This document shows positions 8,333 through 18,261 of a stretch of DNA of 64,000 nt, in pieces. The stretch lies in NCBI GenBank assembly GCA_965261395.1, contig OZ253462.1, positions 4,320,001 through 4,384,000 of the forward strand, given 5' to 3'. Below the pieces are notes generated by a model. The model worked only from the letters and a program-made list of their open reading frames with translations, made no database searches and was not told the DNA's origin. Position 1 is the first letter of the stretch. Each line of letters starts with the position of its first letter. The position numbers and the translations under genes were made by a program. The DNA is from Candidatus Latescibacterota bacterium. GTDB lineage: Bacteria > Latescibacterota > UBA2968 > UBA8231.

Positions 8333-11300
8333 TCAGGTCGTCCCGTCTGCCTTGGCGAGTTCGGCCACCGCTGGCTTGAGAAATGGAGGGTCTTCGGTGT
8401 TCGGATCGAACCCGAGGTGGGTGTAGGGCGGATTCCAAGACTCCACCAATAAGGACCGCTCGACCCCCATGCGACCACCTATCGAATTGCTCCATCCTTG
8501 TACCAAGAGTTGATGGTTATGCAGATGGCCAACCATGCACCGCGCGCAATTCGCAAGGTACCCCTCGTCATTCACGGCTGCATGGGCGCGCAGGATCATG
8601 AACAGCTCATATTCCCCTGGCCGGGTGAGGCCGAGCCGCTCGGGATCCTGCCTGACATCTACAGCCTCACCCGCTATATCCTCTAGTTCTCGTAGGCGTT
8701 TCGCCGTCGTCTCATCCCCCGCGTCCTGACGCTCCTTGATCCTCTTGAGCCGCTCCCCAAGCAATCGATAGACGAAGCTCGGGTCGTCCTCGGATAGCTC
8801 GGCCGTCAACATCGCCTCCAAGGCGGCTGCCTTGTCCGCGGGCGTAGGAAGTTCATCAAGCCTCCCCGCGTAGTCTTGGTCAATTTTGAGGACTGGAAGC
8901 GATTCTGCCGTATCGATGAACGTCGTGTTTTCTTCGATCAGCTTCTTCGTCTTGGCTGACAACTCCCCGTAGGTGTCCCTACTCCCCTGTTGCCGACGAC
9001 GGTGGGCAACGTATATACCGCACAACCATTTGTATTCCAACCGGTGCGGATATAGGCACGGATCGGGCGACACGGCTTCCCAGAGTCGTTCGAGGCTCAT
9101 GAAGTTCTGCTCGAAGTTCTTGGCGGCCTCGTGGTCGCTCAGCCGCCGCAGGGCAGACAGTAGACATTCGCGAGTATCCGCGATGCCGATACCCTCGAAG
9201 ATCGCCATGCATCGGGCGACTTCTCCGGGCACGATTGCCCGCAGCTTGTTCCAGTCAATCAGGGATTCCTCACGGATGCTCTCGTCGAAGTTGAGCGCCT
9301 TCTCAAGATCGGAGAAAACCCCGAAATAATCGACGACGATGCCCGTATGCTTTTTCATCGACGGCAAGGGGCGATTGGTGCGGGCGATTGCTTGCAGCAG
9401 ATTATGGTCGCGCAGCGGTTTGTCCAGATACATTACCTGCTCGACCGGCGCGTCGAATCCGGTCAGCAGCCGATCACAGACGATGAGAATCTTGAGCGGC
9501 GGTCGCCATTGGCTCCGGTCGTCTCCGTGCCGCTCGCGGTTCCGCTCCTCCCACTCCGCTGGCGTCAGCTTGAAATAGTCGATCAGATCGTCCTGCTTCA
9601 CTTTGGAATACTCAAACCGGCAAATGTCCGGTTCGCTGTTCTGCGCTGACGAGATGATCACCTCCACCGTTTCTGGAGGGAGTCCCTTGGCTTTGAGCCT
9701 GCTATCGAGGGCATCCTTGTAGATCACGCAGGCTTTGCGGTCGATAGCGACGAGCTGAGCCTTGAAACCGTTTGGGTCCGGATGTTCCAGAAAGTGAGCG
9801 AGCAGTTTATCCGCCACGATATCGACCCGATCCGGATGCCGGACAAGCTGTTTCCACTGGGACCGCTGACGCTGAACGAACTCCTTTACCTCCTCGTCCT
9901 CCAACTCCATCTCTTCGCACATCTGCTCGAACCCGACGCTTAGAGTTTCCTCGTCAACGCGGATCGGCACAGTGTCTCGAACGTAGTGCACCTCCAGCGT
10001 CGCCCCATCCCGAATGGAGCGACGAATACCGTAGTAGCTGAGATAACGCTCCTGCCCGCCGTCCTTCTGCGGGCCGAAGTCGCGATGCGTGTTCTGCAGG
10101 GTACGATCGATCGGAGTGCCAGTAAAGCCATACCGGAATCCATTTTCTAGCTTGACGCGCATGGTCAGCGCATAACTCTTGGTGCCGCTTCTTCCCGAAG
10201 AAGTCTGCGAGCGGTGGCACTCGTCGACTAGGCTAACGATGTTGTCGCGGGTCAGTGGCACAAGATCGCCCATCCCCTGGAATGACTGGATGGTCGTCAC
10301 CAGCGTACCGCGCCAGTCGGAGCGAAGTTTCTGCTTCAGGTCCTCGACGCCAAGCGCTTTCTCGACATTGGGATAGTCGCAGGCATCGAAGTCGTCGGAT
10401 AGCTGGGTCTTGATGTCTCGCCGATCGACGACAATAAGCACAGTCGGATTGTTCAGGGCCGGATGCCGCCGCAGTTTCTGGCCGGCGAAGATCATGGTCA
10501 GAGACTTTCCCGAGCCTTGGGTGTGCCAGACGAGGCCAGTGCGATCCTGAGCGCTCACGGGCTTGCCTACGAGCGATAGGGTCCGGTCCATAAGTTCGTT
10601 GACCGCCTCGAATTGTTGATAACGGGCGATCTTTTTCGCTGTCGTGCCTTTCTTAGTTTCGAAGACAACGAAGTGCTGCAAGAAATCGAGCACATGCGCA
10701 GGCTTCAGCCGGAGGAGACCCTTAACCGGCATCTCCAGCGGGTCGTCGGGATTCGATGCCTCTGGTTCGTTCCACCAGCCGTGGCGGTCAGGATAAAGGC
10801 TAAGCCAGCGGCCCCACAGGTCTAGGTGACGGTCAATGTGTTCCTTGCTAGCGTCGTGAAACAGCACGGTGCCATAGCGGAATTCGTCCTCGTCGGCTGC
10901 CACGCAGAACACGTTGGGTGTCAGCATCAGCGGTGCTTCTCTCTGATAGCGGTGGAGCTGGTGCACCGCCTCCCGCCAGTCCTTCCGGCTCGTCACGTAG
11001 CTCTTGTACTCCGCCACGACGAGTGGGATGCCATTGACGAGAAGCACCGTATCGTCTCGGCACTGCTTAACCCTTTGTACCCGGTATTGGTTGGTCGCGG
11101 TAAAGTCGTTCAGTTCCTGACGGTCTGGGTCGAAGGCGATGAACTGAACGGTCTGCGCGTCCTGGCCCGGTTGGAGCACGACTGTGGCACCGTCTCGCAA
11201 CAGGTCGAGGGTCGCGCGGTTAGCGGTGAGGCGATCCGGCTGCGACATAGCCTTGCGAAGCGCGTCTACCGCCGGTCTCGCCTGGGTCTCGTTGGTCACA

Positions 11301-11491
11301 TGCGGATTGATGCTCAGGATGGCTTCCACCAGCAGCTTCTCGACCAACGGATCTTCCAACGGCCGTTCGAATTGCGCCATGGCGGCCTCGTCCCGGTATG
11401 TCCATCCTAAGCCACCCACGCGGTAGGTAGCTTTATCTTCGCCACAGAGCCAGTTAAGAATGGGCTGCTCGATGTAACGGTATTCGCTCAT
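8333..11491 (-). CDS. hsdR: Type I restriction endonuclease subunit R
   Basis: LLVNGIPLVVAEYK nuclease motif; WHTQGSGKS, DECHR, GFTGTP, LLTGFDAP, QAIARTNR. Confidence 0.96.
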   Translation of the reverse strand: MSEYRYIEQPILNWLCGEDKATYRVGGLGWTYRDEAAMAQFERPLEDPLVEKLLVEAILSINPHVTNETQARPAVDALRKAMSQPDRLTANRATLDLLRDGATVVLQPGQDAQTVQFIAFDPDRQELNDFTATNQYRVQRVKQCRDDTVLLVNGIPLVVAEYKSYVTSRKDWREAVHQLHRYQREAPLMLTPNVFCVAADEDEFRYGTVLFHDASKEHIDRHLDLWGRWLSLYPDRHGWWNEPEASNPDDPLEMPVKGLLRLKPAHVLDFLQHFVVFETKKGTTAKKIARYQQFEAVNELMDRTLSLVGKPVSAQDRTGLVWHTQGSGKSLTMIFAGQKLRRHPALNNPTVLIVVDRRDIKTQLSDDFDACDYPNVEKALGVEDLKQKLRSDWRGTLVTTIQSFQGMGDLVPLTRDNIVSLVDECHRSQTSSGRSGTKSYALTMRVKLENGFRYGFTGTPIDRTLQNTHRDFGPQKDGGQERYLSYYGIRRSIRDGATLEVHYVRDTVPIRVDEETLSVGFEQMCEEMELEDEEVKEFVQRQRSQWKQLVRHPDRVDIVADKLLAHFLEHPDPNGFKAQLVAIDRKACVIYKDALDSRLKAKGLPPETVEVIISSAQNSEPDICRFEYSKVKQDDLIDYFKLTPAEWEERNRERHGDDRSQWRPPLKILIVCDRLLTGFDAPVEQVMYLDKPLRDHNLLQAIARTNRPLPSMKKHTGIVVDYFGVFSDLEKALNFDESIREESLIDWNKLRAIVPGEVARCMAIFEGIGIADTRECLLSALRRLSDHEAAKNFEQNFMSLERLWEAVSPDPCLYPHRLEYKWLCGIYVAHRRRQQGSRDTYGELSAKTKKLIEENTTFIDTAESLPVLKIDQDYAGRLDELPTPADKAAALEAMLTAELSEDDPSFVYRLLGERLKRIKERQDAGDETTAKRLRELEDIAGEAVDVRQDPERLGLTRPGEYELFMILRAHAAVNDEGYLANCARCMVGHLHNHQLLVQGWSNSIGGRMGVERSLLVESWNPPYTHLGFDPNTEDPPFLKPAVAELAKADGTT

Positions 11492-12723
11492 GATGTAACC
11501 GCCTTCGAGGCATCGGGCACACGGACCTTGCCGGTGAGGAGATCGTGCATGAGGGACTTCTTGAGTTCGCAGAGAGCCGTTTCCTTCTGCGATAGTCCAG
11601 CAAGCAAAGACTTGGAACGCGCCACAATCTCAACGATCTGGCGCTGTTCACTTAGAGTCGGCGGAATGGGAAAACGGAATGCACGAACCTGCGTCTTGTT
11701 GGTGGAAGCAAGGTTAGTAGTGCGCTTTGCTACCCGACTGAAATACCGTTTAGCGATGTCGGACTCTACAACTATAGCGTAAAACGAAGGTTCAAGTACT
11801 TCACGATTGGCGCGGATGCGGAAGATATGGTTTTGGTGTAGGCAGTCTGGAATCTGTCCGTCCCAAATGGTGCCGCGGCCAAGCTTGTCGATGTCGCCTC
11901 CCTCTGTCATCAGGACATCTCCAGCTTCCAACCGGTATTTCTGTACGTCGTCAACAGGGACTCGAATGGTCTTGATGGTATTGAGGTCGAGGTACCCATC
12001 CTGAACATTGGCAACACGAAGGTAAGGTAGCTCAACTGATTTATGGCCGGACGTGTCCTTGCCAAGTGTCACTCCTGAGCCAACTGTTGCCACTTCATCA
12101 ACTCGGGTCATGCGCCAGTGCTGAGGAAAGCGCCTACGGCTGCAGTTAGCCGATCCTAGTCCTCGCTCAAGCAATTCGTGTAACAAGCAGTGGTCGAGCT
12201 GTCGGGCACGTTTGATGGCAATGCGAGCGTGCTCGATGGCTGCGTCCACGGCGTCGAGAATGCGGGCGATAGCAGTCTGCTCCTTGAGGGGAGGAAACAC
12301 CCCCCGTAAAGCATAGGCGTCGCGACGCGACAACCCTGGAACGCCAGTCGCAGCGTTCAAGAGCTTCAGAGGTAGGTAATCAAGAAGATGGCGGATAAAC
12401 TGCAGATGGTCCCCCGCATTCGCGAGCACGTAGTACACAGTGTCGATCGGCCAGAAAGGCCCGCTCGCGTAGTGAACTGCACCAACCGTGCCCTTCCGTC
12501 CGACCAGAATCCCTGGCCCATCCAACAGCGGCACGTTGTGGCTGCCTACAATGCCATTCGATCCATATACGTCCACATGACCGGCTTCGCGATCCTCCTC
12601 CCGCAATCCAGTACCATAGGCGAGATCGATACGAGCGCCCAACGGAACGCAATCCCAATCGGATGGCAAATCGTTAATCTCAAAGATTTGGCAACCAGAC
12701 AAAGCCCTACTGGTCGACGGCAT
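11488..12723 (-). CDS. hsdS: Type I RM specificity subunit S
   Basis: Two TRDs with PPLKEQTAIA and PPTLSEQRQI conserved regions; KKSLMHDLLTGKVRV; ATGA overlap with hsdR; start uncertain (12723-12765). Confidence 0.93.
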   Translation of the reverse strand: MPSTSRALSGCQIFEINDLPSDWDCVPLGARIDLAYGTGLREEDREAGHVDVYGSNGIVGSHNVPLLDGPGILVGRKGTVGAVHYASGPFWPIDTVYYVLANAGDHLQFIRHLLDYLPLKLLNAATGVPGLSRRDAYALRGVFPPLKEQTAIARILDAVDAAIEHARIAIKRARQLDHCLLHELLERGLGSANCSRRRFPQHWRMTRVDEVATVGSGVTLGKDTSGHKSVELPYLRVANVQDGYLDLNTIKTIRVPVDDVQKYRLEAGDVLMTEGGDIDKLGRGTIWDGQIPDCLHQNHIFRIRANREVLEPSFYAIVVESDIAKRYFSRVAKRTTNLASTNKTQVRAFRFPIPPTLSEQRQIVEIVARSKSLLAGLSQKETALCELKKSLMHDLLTGKVRVPDASKAVTS

Positions 12724-14706
12724 ATCCAACATCCTGAAGTAGGCTGGAGAGGGCCTCCTCGGCACTCCTCGCTTTCGCCTCCGCTTTCTGGAGAGCTTTC
12801 AGCGCATCTCGGACTTCGATTCGTGGCTCCGGCTCAAACGTATCTACGTACCGGGGCACATTAAGATTGAATTCGTTCTCCTCAATTTCGTCTAGGTCTA
12901 CGACCCGGGCGTGCTTGATCAGCTCGTCCGGGTCGCCGTAGAGGGAAACCAACTCGTCGGCGACGGCACTCACATCGGCCCGGTCGTCCTCGGCGCTCCG
13001 GCGGATTTCTGCGATACGCTGGTCGCGTTCGGCGATCTTGGCGGTCGCCTTGTCGCGCTCCTTGTCGCGCTGCTTCTCAAGCTTACCAACTACTTTTGCC
13101 GCCTTGATCTTGTCGGATTTTGCGGTGACCTCCTTCTCTACCTCGCGTGCCTCCGTCAGCTCTCTTTCCAACCCCGCCAGCTTATCGGCATGCGGCTGGT
13201 ACTCCGCCTCAAGTCGCCCGATTTCCTCTGCTTCTCGTCGGTTGATCTCCGTGCGAATCCTCCCGCCGTGTTCGCCGACGAGTTCGGGAACCTTCAAGAC
13301 GTCCCCATAAGCTTGATAGTGAACAAGCATCCGCATGATGTCCTGCGGGCGCAGCTCATTCTGCGCGGAAAGCTCCCGGTAGTGTCGAGCGGCATAAACG
13401 AGCAGCACTTGGTCGCGGCGCTCAACCGGACGTTGCTTTCGGAGGATCAACAGGCAGGCGGGCACGCCGGCACCGTAAAAGACATTAAGAGGAAGCGAGA
13501 TCACCGCATCGAGCAAGCGAGACCCGATCAGCGCCCGGCGGATGAGATGTTCGTCGTCGGCCTTGCGCCGCTTTATCTTCGGAACAGCACGCCTTGGGGA
13601 CAGACGATGCCCGCGCGGCCGTTGTCCGCGAGTGAAGCCAAGATGTGCAGGATGAACGCGTAGTCGCCATACCCGGCCGGGGGCGCTTTAAAACCAGTGC
13701 CGCGGCCGAAGCGGCCGAACGGATCCTTGTAGCCTTCCCCGCCGAAGATTTCCTTCTTGAGTCTGTCTTTTTTTGTCTTATCGTCGGTTTGCTGCTCGGG
13801 TTTCAACCACCAGAATTCATCGGAGAACGGGAAATTGGCGAGCACAAGTGAGAACTTCCTCACTTCTCCGTCTTCGCGGAACTGGGGGTCGGTGATCGTG
13901 CTGTCGCCAGCCCTGATGTCGGCTTCGAGTCTATGTAGAACGGAGTTGATCTTGCCGATGGCGGCGTTGCCCCAGTTCATTTCCTGCGCAAAATACTGTG
14001 CGTTGGTCGCAGAATGGCCACACTCACGGAGGTAGTCGGCGGCATGTACCAGCATGCCGCCGGAGCCGGCAGTGGGGTCGTAGATCGTGTCGCCCAGCCG
14101 GGGTTCGAGGATGCGCACCAAGGTGTCCACGACTTCCGGCGGCGTGAAGAACTCGCCCGCCTTGGCACCGGCGTCGTCGGCGAACTTTTTGATGAGGTAT
14201 TCGTAGGCCCGGCCCAGCACGTCGGGCGAGACGCTACTGTTGGAGAGGTCGTGCTCGTCGAAGTGCTGAACCAGTGCATGAACGACTTCGTTCGCAATCA
14301 ATAGCCTGCCGGAACCATCGGGCGCCGGCTGGTTCCAGTCGACCGTGAATACGCCGCGCAGCTCGCCGTTAGATTCGGCGACCGCGCGCATCGCACGGGT
14401 CAGCGCCTCACCGATGTTAGTGGCGACGGCCTTGATGTCGCCCCAGCGTGAGTCGTCCGGGATTTGGTAGCGATGCTCGCCCCGTTTGCGGAAGATCGCC
14501 TTTTCCGCTTCAGTGAAGGCACGGCCTTGCTGACGCTCCTGCTCGGCTATAGCATCGTCCGCCTCGCACTCCCATTGGTCGCAGAGACGTTTGTAGAACA
14601 TCAACGACAGTATGTAGTTCTTGTAGTCCTGTCCGGCGGTCTTGCCGCGCAGGATGTTCGCCGCGCCCCACAGGTGCGCCTCAAGTTGTTGGAGAGTGAG
14701 CTTCAT
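12707..14706 (-). pseudogene. hsdM: Type I RM methyltransferase subunit M split by a frameshift at ~13575
   Basis: 5' ORF (LWGAANILRG, GEFFTP, DPTAGSGG, ANFPF, PQGVLFR) stops at 13573; another frame continues KIKRRKADDEHLIRRALIGSRLLDAVISLPLNVFYG to 12707. Confidence 0.88.
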
Positions 14707-14779
14707 TGCGCTGTGCGGAGTTCCGACTCTCCCCTGAGAGCGTTCTGATGGCTGTACACGTCAGTCGATACCAGTCCGG

Positions 14780-14995
14780 TCATGTTTGATCTCGATTTCT
14801 CCATTTATTGCGATTCCTATTCAGCCTTCTCTGGTTGTACCATTCCTCATATGATTCAACAACCCTGTGAACAGTCTTATAAAGGAATGATTTATTTTCA
14901 TATGAAAACTCGCCATTTGAAATAATGTCGTCCACATATGCAAACAACTTCTTCTTTTGTTCATTAATTTGGTCAATACGCTCAGAATCGTTCAT
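14780..14995 (-). CDS. Small AT-rich hypothetical protein
   Basis: 71-aa ORF with AAAGGAG RBS; visibly lower GC than flanks. Confidence 0.55.
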   Translation of the reverse strand: MNDSERIDQINEQKKKLFAYVDDIISNGEFSYENKSFLYKTVHRVVESYEEWYNQRRLNRNRNKWRNRDQT

Positions 14996-15139
14996 GGCAG
15001 TTCTCCTTTGTTGAGCGGCGACCGCGGCCTGACAGAGGCTCTATCTGGTTTTGCGCCGCGATGTAGATTGAAGGGTTCAGCCTGCAGCGGCGACCCGCTC
15101 CAGTAAAAAGGTGGCGATCCCTTGCAGGGGCAAGGTACC

Positions 15140-15352
15140 GCCGAACGCCGCGTGACTGTTACCGGCCGACCGGTGGGTCCAGCTAACCGCCGCCGAGTAC
15201 GAACTGCTCTTCGAGCTTTCGGTCAAGACCGGACGGGTTTGACCCACGACCAGTTGGGCCTGACGAACTCCGGCGATGTGCGAGTGATCCGAACCCTCGT
15301 CAGGAGACTCCACCGCAAGCTGGACAACGACGCGAGCAGCCCCACGTACATA
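15140..15352 (+). pseudogene. Degraded OmpR/KdpE-type winged-helix DNA-binding domain
   Basis: Across frameshifts reads AERRVTVTGRPV/QLTAAEYELLFELSVKTGRV/LTHDQL..SGDVRVIRTLVRRLHRKL..ASSPTYI. Confidence 0.7.
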
Positions 15353-15474
15353 GGTCTTTGCGGTTGTCCGGCCGTTTGCTATGTGGATCCCCTTGCACAC
15401 CCCTCTTCATAACCCCTCACCACTCGGCCCCAGATAATAAGCCCTTATAAATGGATCAGGTCGTTCCCGCTACG

Positions 15475-16245
15475 CTATTGACATACAAGGGACCTGCCGG
15501 TTCGCCAATCAACAACGACGATCCTTGACCACGGTGTTCTTGGCCGAATAGCGCCCAATAGCTGTTTGCACTCGTCACGGCTGAGAAAGCTATACCCAAT
15601 ACAGTCGACAAGCAGCAACCACCATTCATCGTACTTTCCAAACTTGACATTGCTTTTCTTGGACTGCTTTTCGTGCGTCTCGCTCTTGTCCTCGATGCAG
15701 ATGTCGATATTACGCTCCAACTCGGGAAATAACAGGACACCGGTGTCACTATCCGAGGTCATGCCCATCAAGAACTTGCTCCGGTGCGGAGAGGAGGCTG
15801 GAAAGATAGAGAGGCGGAGACCGCAAGATAGGTCTAGATCACACCCATTCCAATCGCCACTTAAGAATGAATTAAGGGCCGCACGCATCTCGCTATGCAT
15901 TTGTTCCCAGTTCTTTGAACCCTTTTTCAAGACCGGCGGAAACTCTCCTACGCATTCGTATGAAACAAACCAACTTTGTCCTGTGTCGGGTGGACCGTAT
16001 GACGACAAAGCGTGTTCAAAGGAATGCTTAAGCGGGATAGCATCCTGCTCAACACCTCTCACCTCGCCTCGAATTACACGGTTGTAGTTGAGCCGACGCA
16101 CCTCGACAGCTATTCGGTCACAAATGGAAAAATCCGGGGAGGTTTGCCCGTCCGGCTCATAAATGATGTGCTGGTAACCTTGGCCTTCCAAGTACTTCTT
16201 GGCAAAGGCCTCCTCTGCTTTCATTTTGTCACTCGCTCCTGCCAA
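15475..16245 (-). CDS. Hypothetical protein, putative PD-(D/E)xK nuclease fold
   Basis: AKKYLEGQGY..YEPDGQTSPDF....IAVEVRRL pattern; lower GC; start may be 16224. Confidence 0.6.
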   Translation of the reverse strand: MAGASDKMKAEEAFAKKYLEGQGYQHIIYEPDGQTSPDFSICDRIAVEVRRLNYNRVIRGEVRGVEQDAIPLKHSFEHALSSYGPPDTGQSWFVSYECVGEFPPVLKKGSKNWEQMHSEMRAALNSFLSGDWNGCDLDLSCGLRLSIFPASSPHRSKFLMGMTSDSDTGVLLFPELERNIDICIEDKSETHEKQSKKSNVKFGKYDEWWLLLVDCIGYSFLSRDECKQLLGAIRPRTPWSRIVVVDWRTGRSLVCQ

Positions 16246-16323
16246 GGCTCCCCTTGCTGCATTCGACGGGATCGGACGTAGAAGACTTCGGGTCGTGGAT
16301 CAAATTTTTCATTGGGCAGGTCC

Positions 16324-17691
16324 TTACGGATTCGGGCCCAGTCGCTTTTGTAGTCCGGGATAAGCATAATAGCCCAACGTATCGCCACTCATTTGATCGA
16401 TCTGTTCCTCGACAAATGCCTCCCAGTGAGGTCGACTTTTGGAAAGAAGCGAAGTCGTCTGCTCGAATAGTTGTTCGAGGATGTCCGGTGTGCCGGCAGC
16501 TTTCCAAATCTGTTCGTTATCACTCACGGCCTTCAGCACCACTTTCACATCTCTATGGGAAAACCACTTGGCAAGCGGCAAGACAATGGACTGACCGAGA
16601 TGCTCGGCGTGGCGAAAACTTCCGGCTTGAGCGTACATCTTAAGTCCCCGACCGATGAATTCCTTTCTCGGGTGCTCGACGACGATGCTGATTTGCGCGG
16701 TTTCATCGAAGCCATCGAACCGATTGAGCAGGACTTCGGACAACTGGGCTATAGCAAACGCATCAAAGGCGGCGTATGTCTTGAGGGTTTCGACGTCAGC
16801 GGTATCGAGAAGGCGTCTGATACGCGCCTGTTCGGGCTCCCTGAGCCAGTCCCAAATACGCGGGTCGTTCTCGAGGAATGGACAGATACTTAGAAGAACT
16901 TCGTCGGTAACATGTTCAAGTTTCTCGGCCACATAGCCCGGCATTACTGAGTCATAAATCTCGGTCTTTGCCTTTGCAATCTCACGTAGCGTCAGCGCCA
17001 GCGTTCGGATTTTACTTGTATATTTAGCGTGCTCAGCGCCGAACGGTGCACTGACTATGGCCTTGACGAGATTGATCACTAGTACGTCCTTCGCCCGGTC
17101 GAGGTATCTCGAGCGAAGAAAAGTGCTGATCTCCTCAGCCGTCACTGGGAAAGAGGCGCTCAGCAGATCAGAGTCGAACCGGGCAATGGCACTTTTACCC
17201 TGCAACGGGGCATGCACGAGAAGGTATTTCAGCGCATGGACGATGTGTGCACGAACCAACTCTGGCGATGGTTGATAAAGCTCATCCTCGACCACGAAGG
17301 CAGGGTGAGCGCACAGATGCCGATCTTTCTGAAGGCGCGCGAGGGCGGAGTACTCATGTGGCACAAGGAGCTGGAGATCGTTGTTGGATTTGGTCAACAG
17401 CTCAGCCTCAATGGTCTGTAACTTCCGCTTGTTGTTGGCCTCGATTGCGTCGTCGAGTTCCTTCACGAACTCTCTGGGAGCCGCTTCTCCCTGACCGGCT
17501 AGCTCTCGGGTCTTAGCAATGATGTCGTAAGCAACCGCAATCCATGTAGACATAAGCGCAGATCGTAAAGCGCCGCCACGATAGGCGGTTATCGCTTCGC
17601 CTATCAGTCGACGCGACTCGCGATCACGCACAGAAAGCGCGAGCATATCGATATCTGTGAGCCCCAGACTGCCAGACGCGCTCATGCGCAC
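16324..17691 (-). CDS. Hypothetical protein with N-terminal HEPN-like domain and helical C-terminal region
   Basis: EAITAYRGGALRSALMSTWIAV helix and DRHLCAHP (R-x4-H) motif. Confidence 0.7.
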   Translation of the reverse strand: MRMSASGSLGLTDIDMLALSVRDRESRRLIGEAITAYRGGALRSALMSTWIAVAYDIIAKTRELAGQGEAAPREFVKELDDAIEANNKRKLQTIEAELLTKSNNDLQLLVPHEYSALARLQKDRHLCAHPAFVVEDELYQPSPELVRAHIVHALKYLLVHAPLQGKSAIARFDSDLLSASFPVTAEEISTFLRSRYLDRAKDVLVINLVKAIVSAPFGAEHAKYTSKIRTLALTLREIAKAKTEIYDSVMPGYVAEKLEHVTDEVLLSICPFLENDPRIWDWLREPEQARIRRLLDTADVETLKTYAAFDAFAIAQLSEVLLNRFDGFDETAQISIVVEHPRKEFIGRGLKMYAQAGSFRHAEHLGQSIVLPLAKWFSHRDVKVVLKAVSDNEQIWKAAGTPDILEQLFEQTTSLLSKSRPHWEAFVEEQIDQMSGDTLGYYAYPGLQKRLGPNP

Positions 17692-17759
17692 TCCACCCCA
17701 AGGGGTAACTTTGCGGTTTCCTCCAAAGTAACTTGTCGTTTTCGACTGACCATAATTGA

Positions 17760-17975
17760 TCAGGAAGCCTTCTTCAGCACACCCAGTACCCAGCGGAAGC
17801 TGGTGAGGCAGGCTTTGAGGTTCTCGATGATCTCTTCGGCGAGGTCATTGGGTTCGGGCAGGTTATCCAAGTCTGTCAGGCTCTTGTCTTTGAACCAAGA
17901 GATGTCGAGACAGGTCTTGTCGCGCTCTGATTTCCTCATAGCTGTAGCTGCACCAGCGGCCTTCCAGTCCTATAT
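17760..17975 (-). pseudogene. 3' remnant of a second, different hsdM
   Basis: EGRWCSYSYEEI/RDKTCLDISWFKDKSLTDLDNLPEPNDLAEEIIENLKACLTSFR..* with one frameshift; no 5' part. Confidence 0.75.
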
Positions 17976-18015
17976 GTGGGAGGTATGAGTCTTTGATAAT
18001 ACGCCACTAATAACA

Positions 18016-18045
18016 AGGCCCCGAGGGGATAAGCCCTCAGGGCCT
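18016..18045 (-). terminator. Hairpin downstream of tRNA-Asn, putative terminator
   Basis: AGGCCCCGAGGG...CCCTCAGGGCCT inverted repeat followed by T-rich sequence on the minus strand. Confidence 0.45.
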
Positions 18046-18085
18046 CACGTTAATAAAGAGCCGCGAAAATTCGCGGTTGAAAAAA

Positions 18086-18161
18086 TGGCTCCGCGGGTAG
18101 GATTCGAACCTACGACCAAGTGGTTAACAGCCACCCGCTCTGCCAGCTGAGCTACCGCGGA
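18086..18161 (-). tRNA. tRNA-Asn(GTT)
   Basis: TCCGCGG acceptor stem, anticodon loop CTGTTAA, GGTTCGAATCC, encoded CCA. Confidence 0.97.
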
Positions 18162-18261
18162 ATGAACAAATATACTAACGAAAAATCGGGCAAAAATCAA
18201 ATAAGGCCAAGACGCCAGCAGCCTTGCACGCCCACTTTTTTCGTCCCGCAGCAGCGGATAA

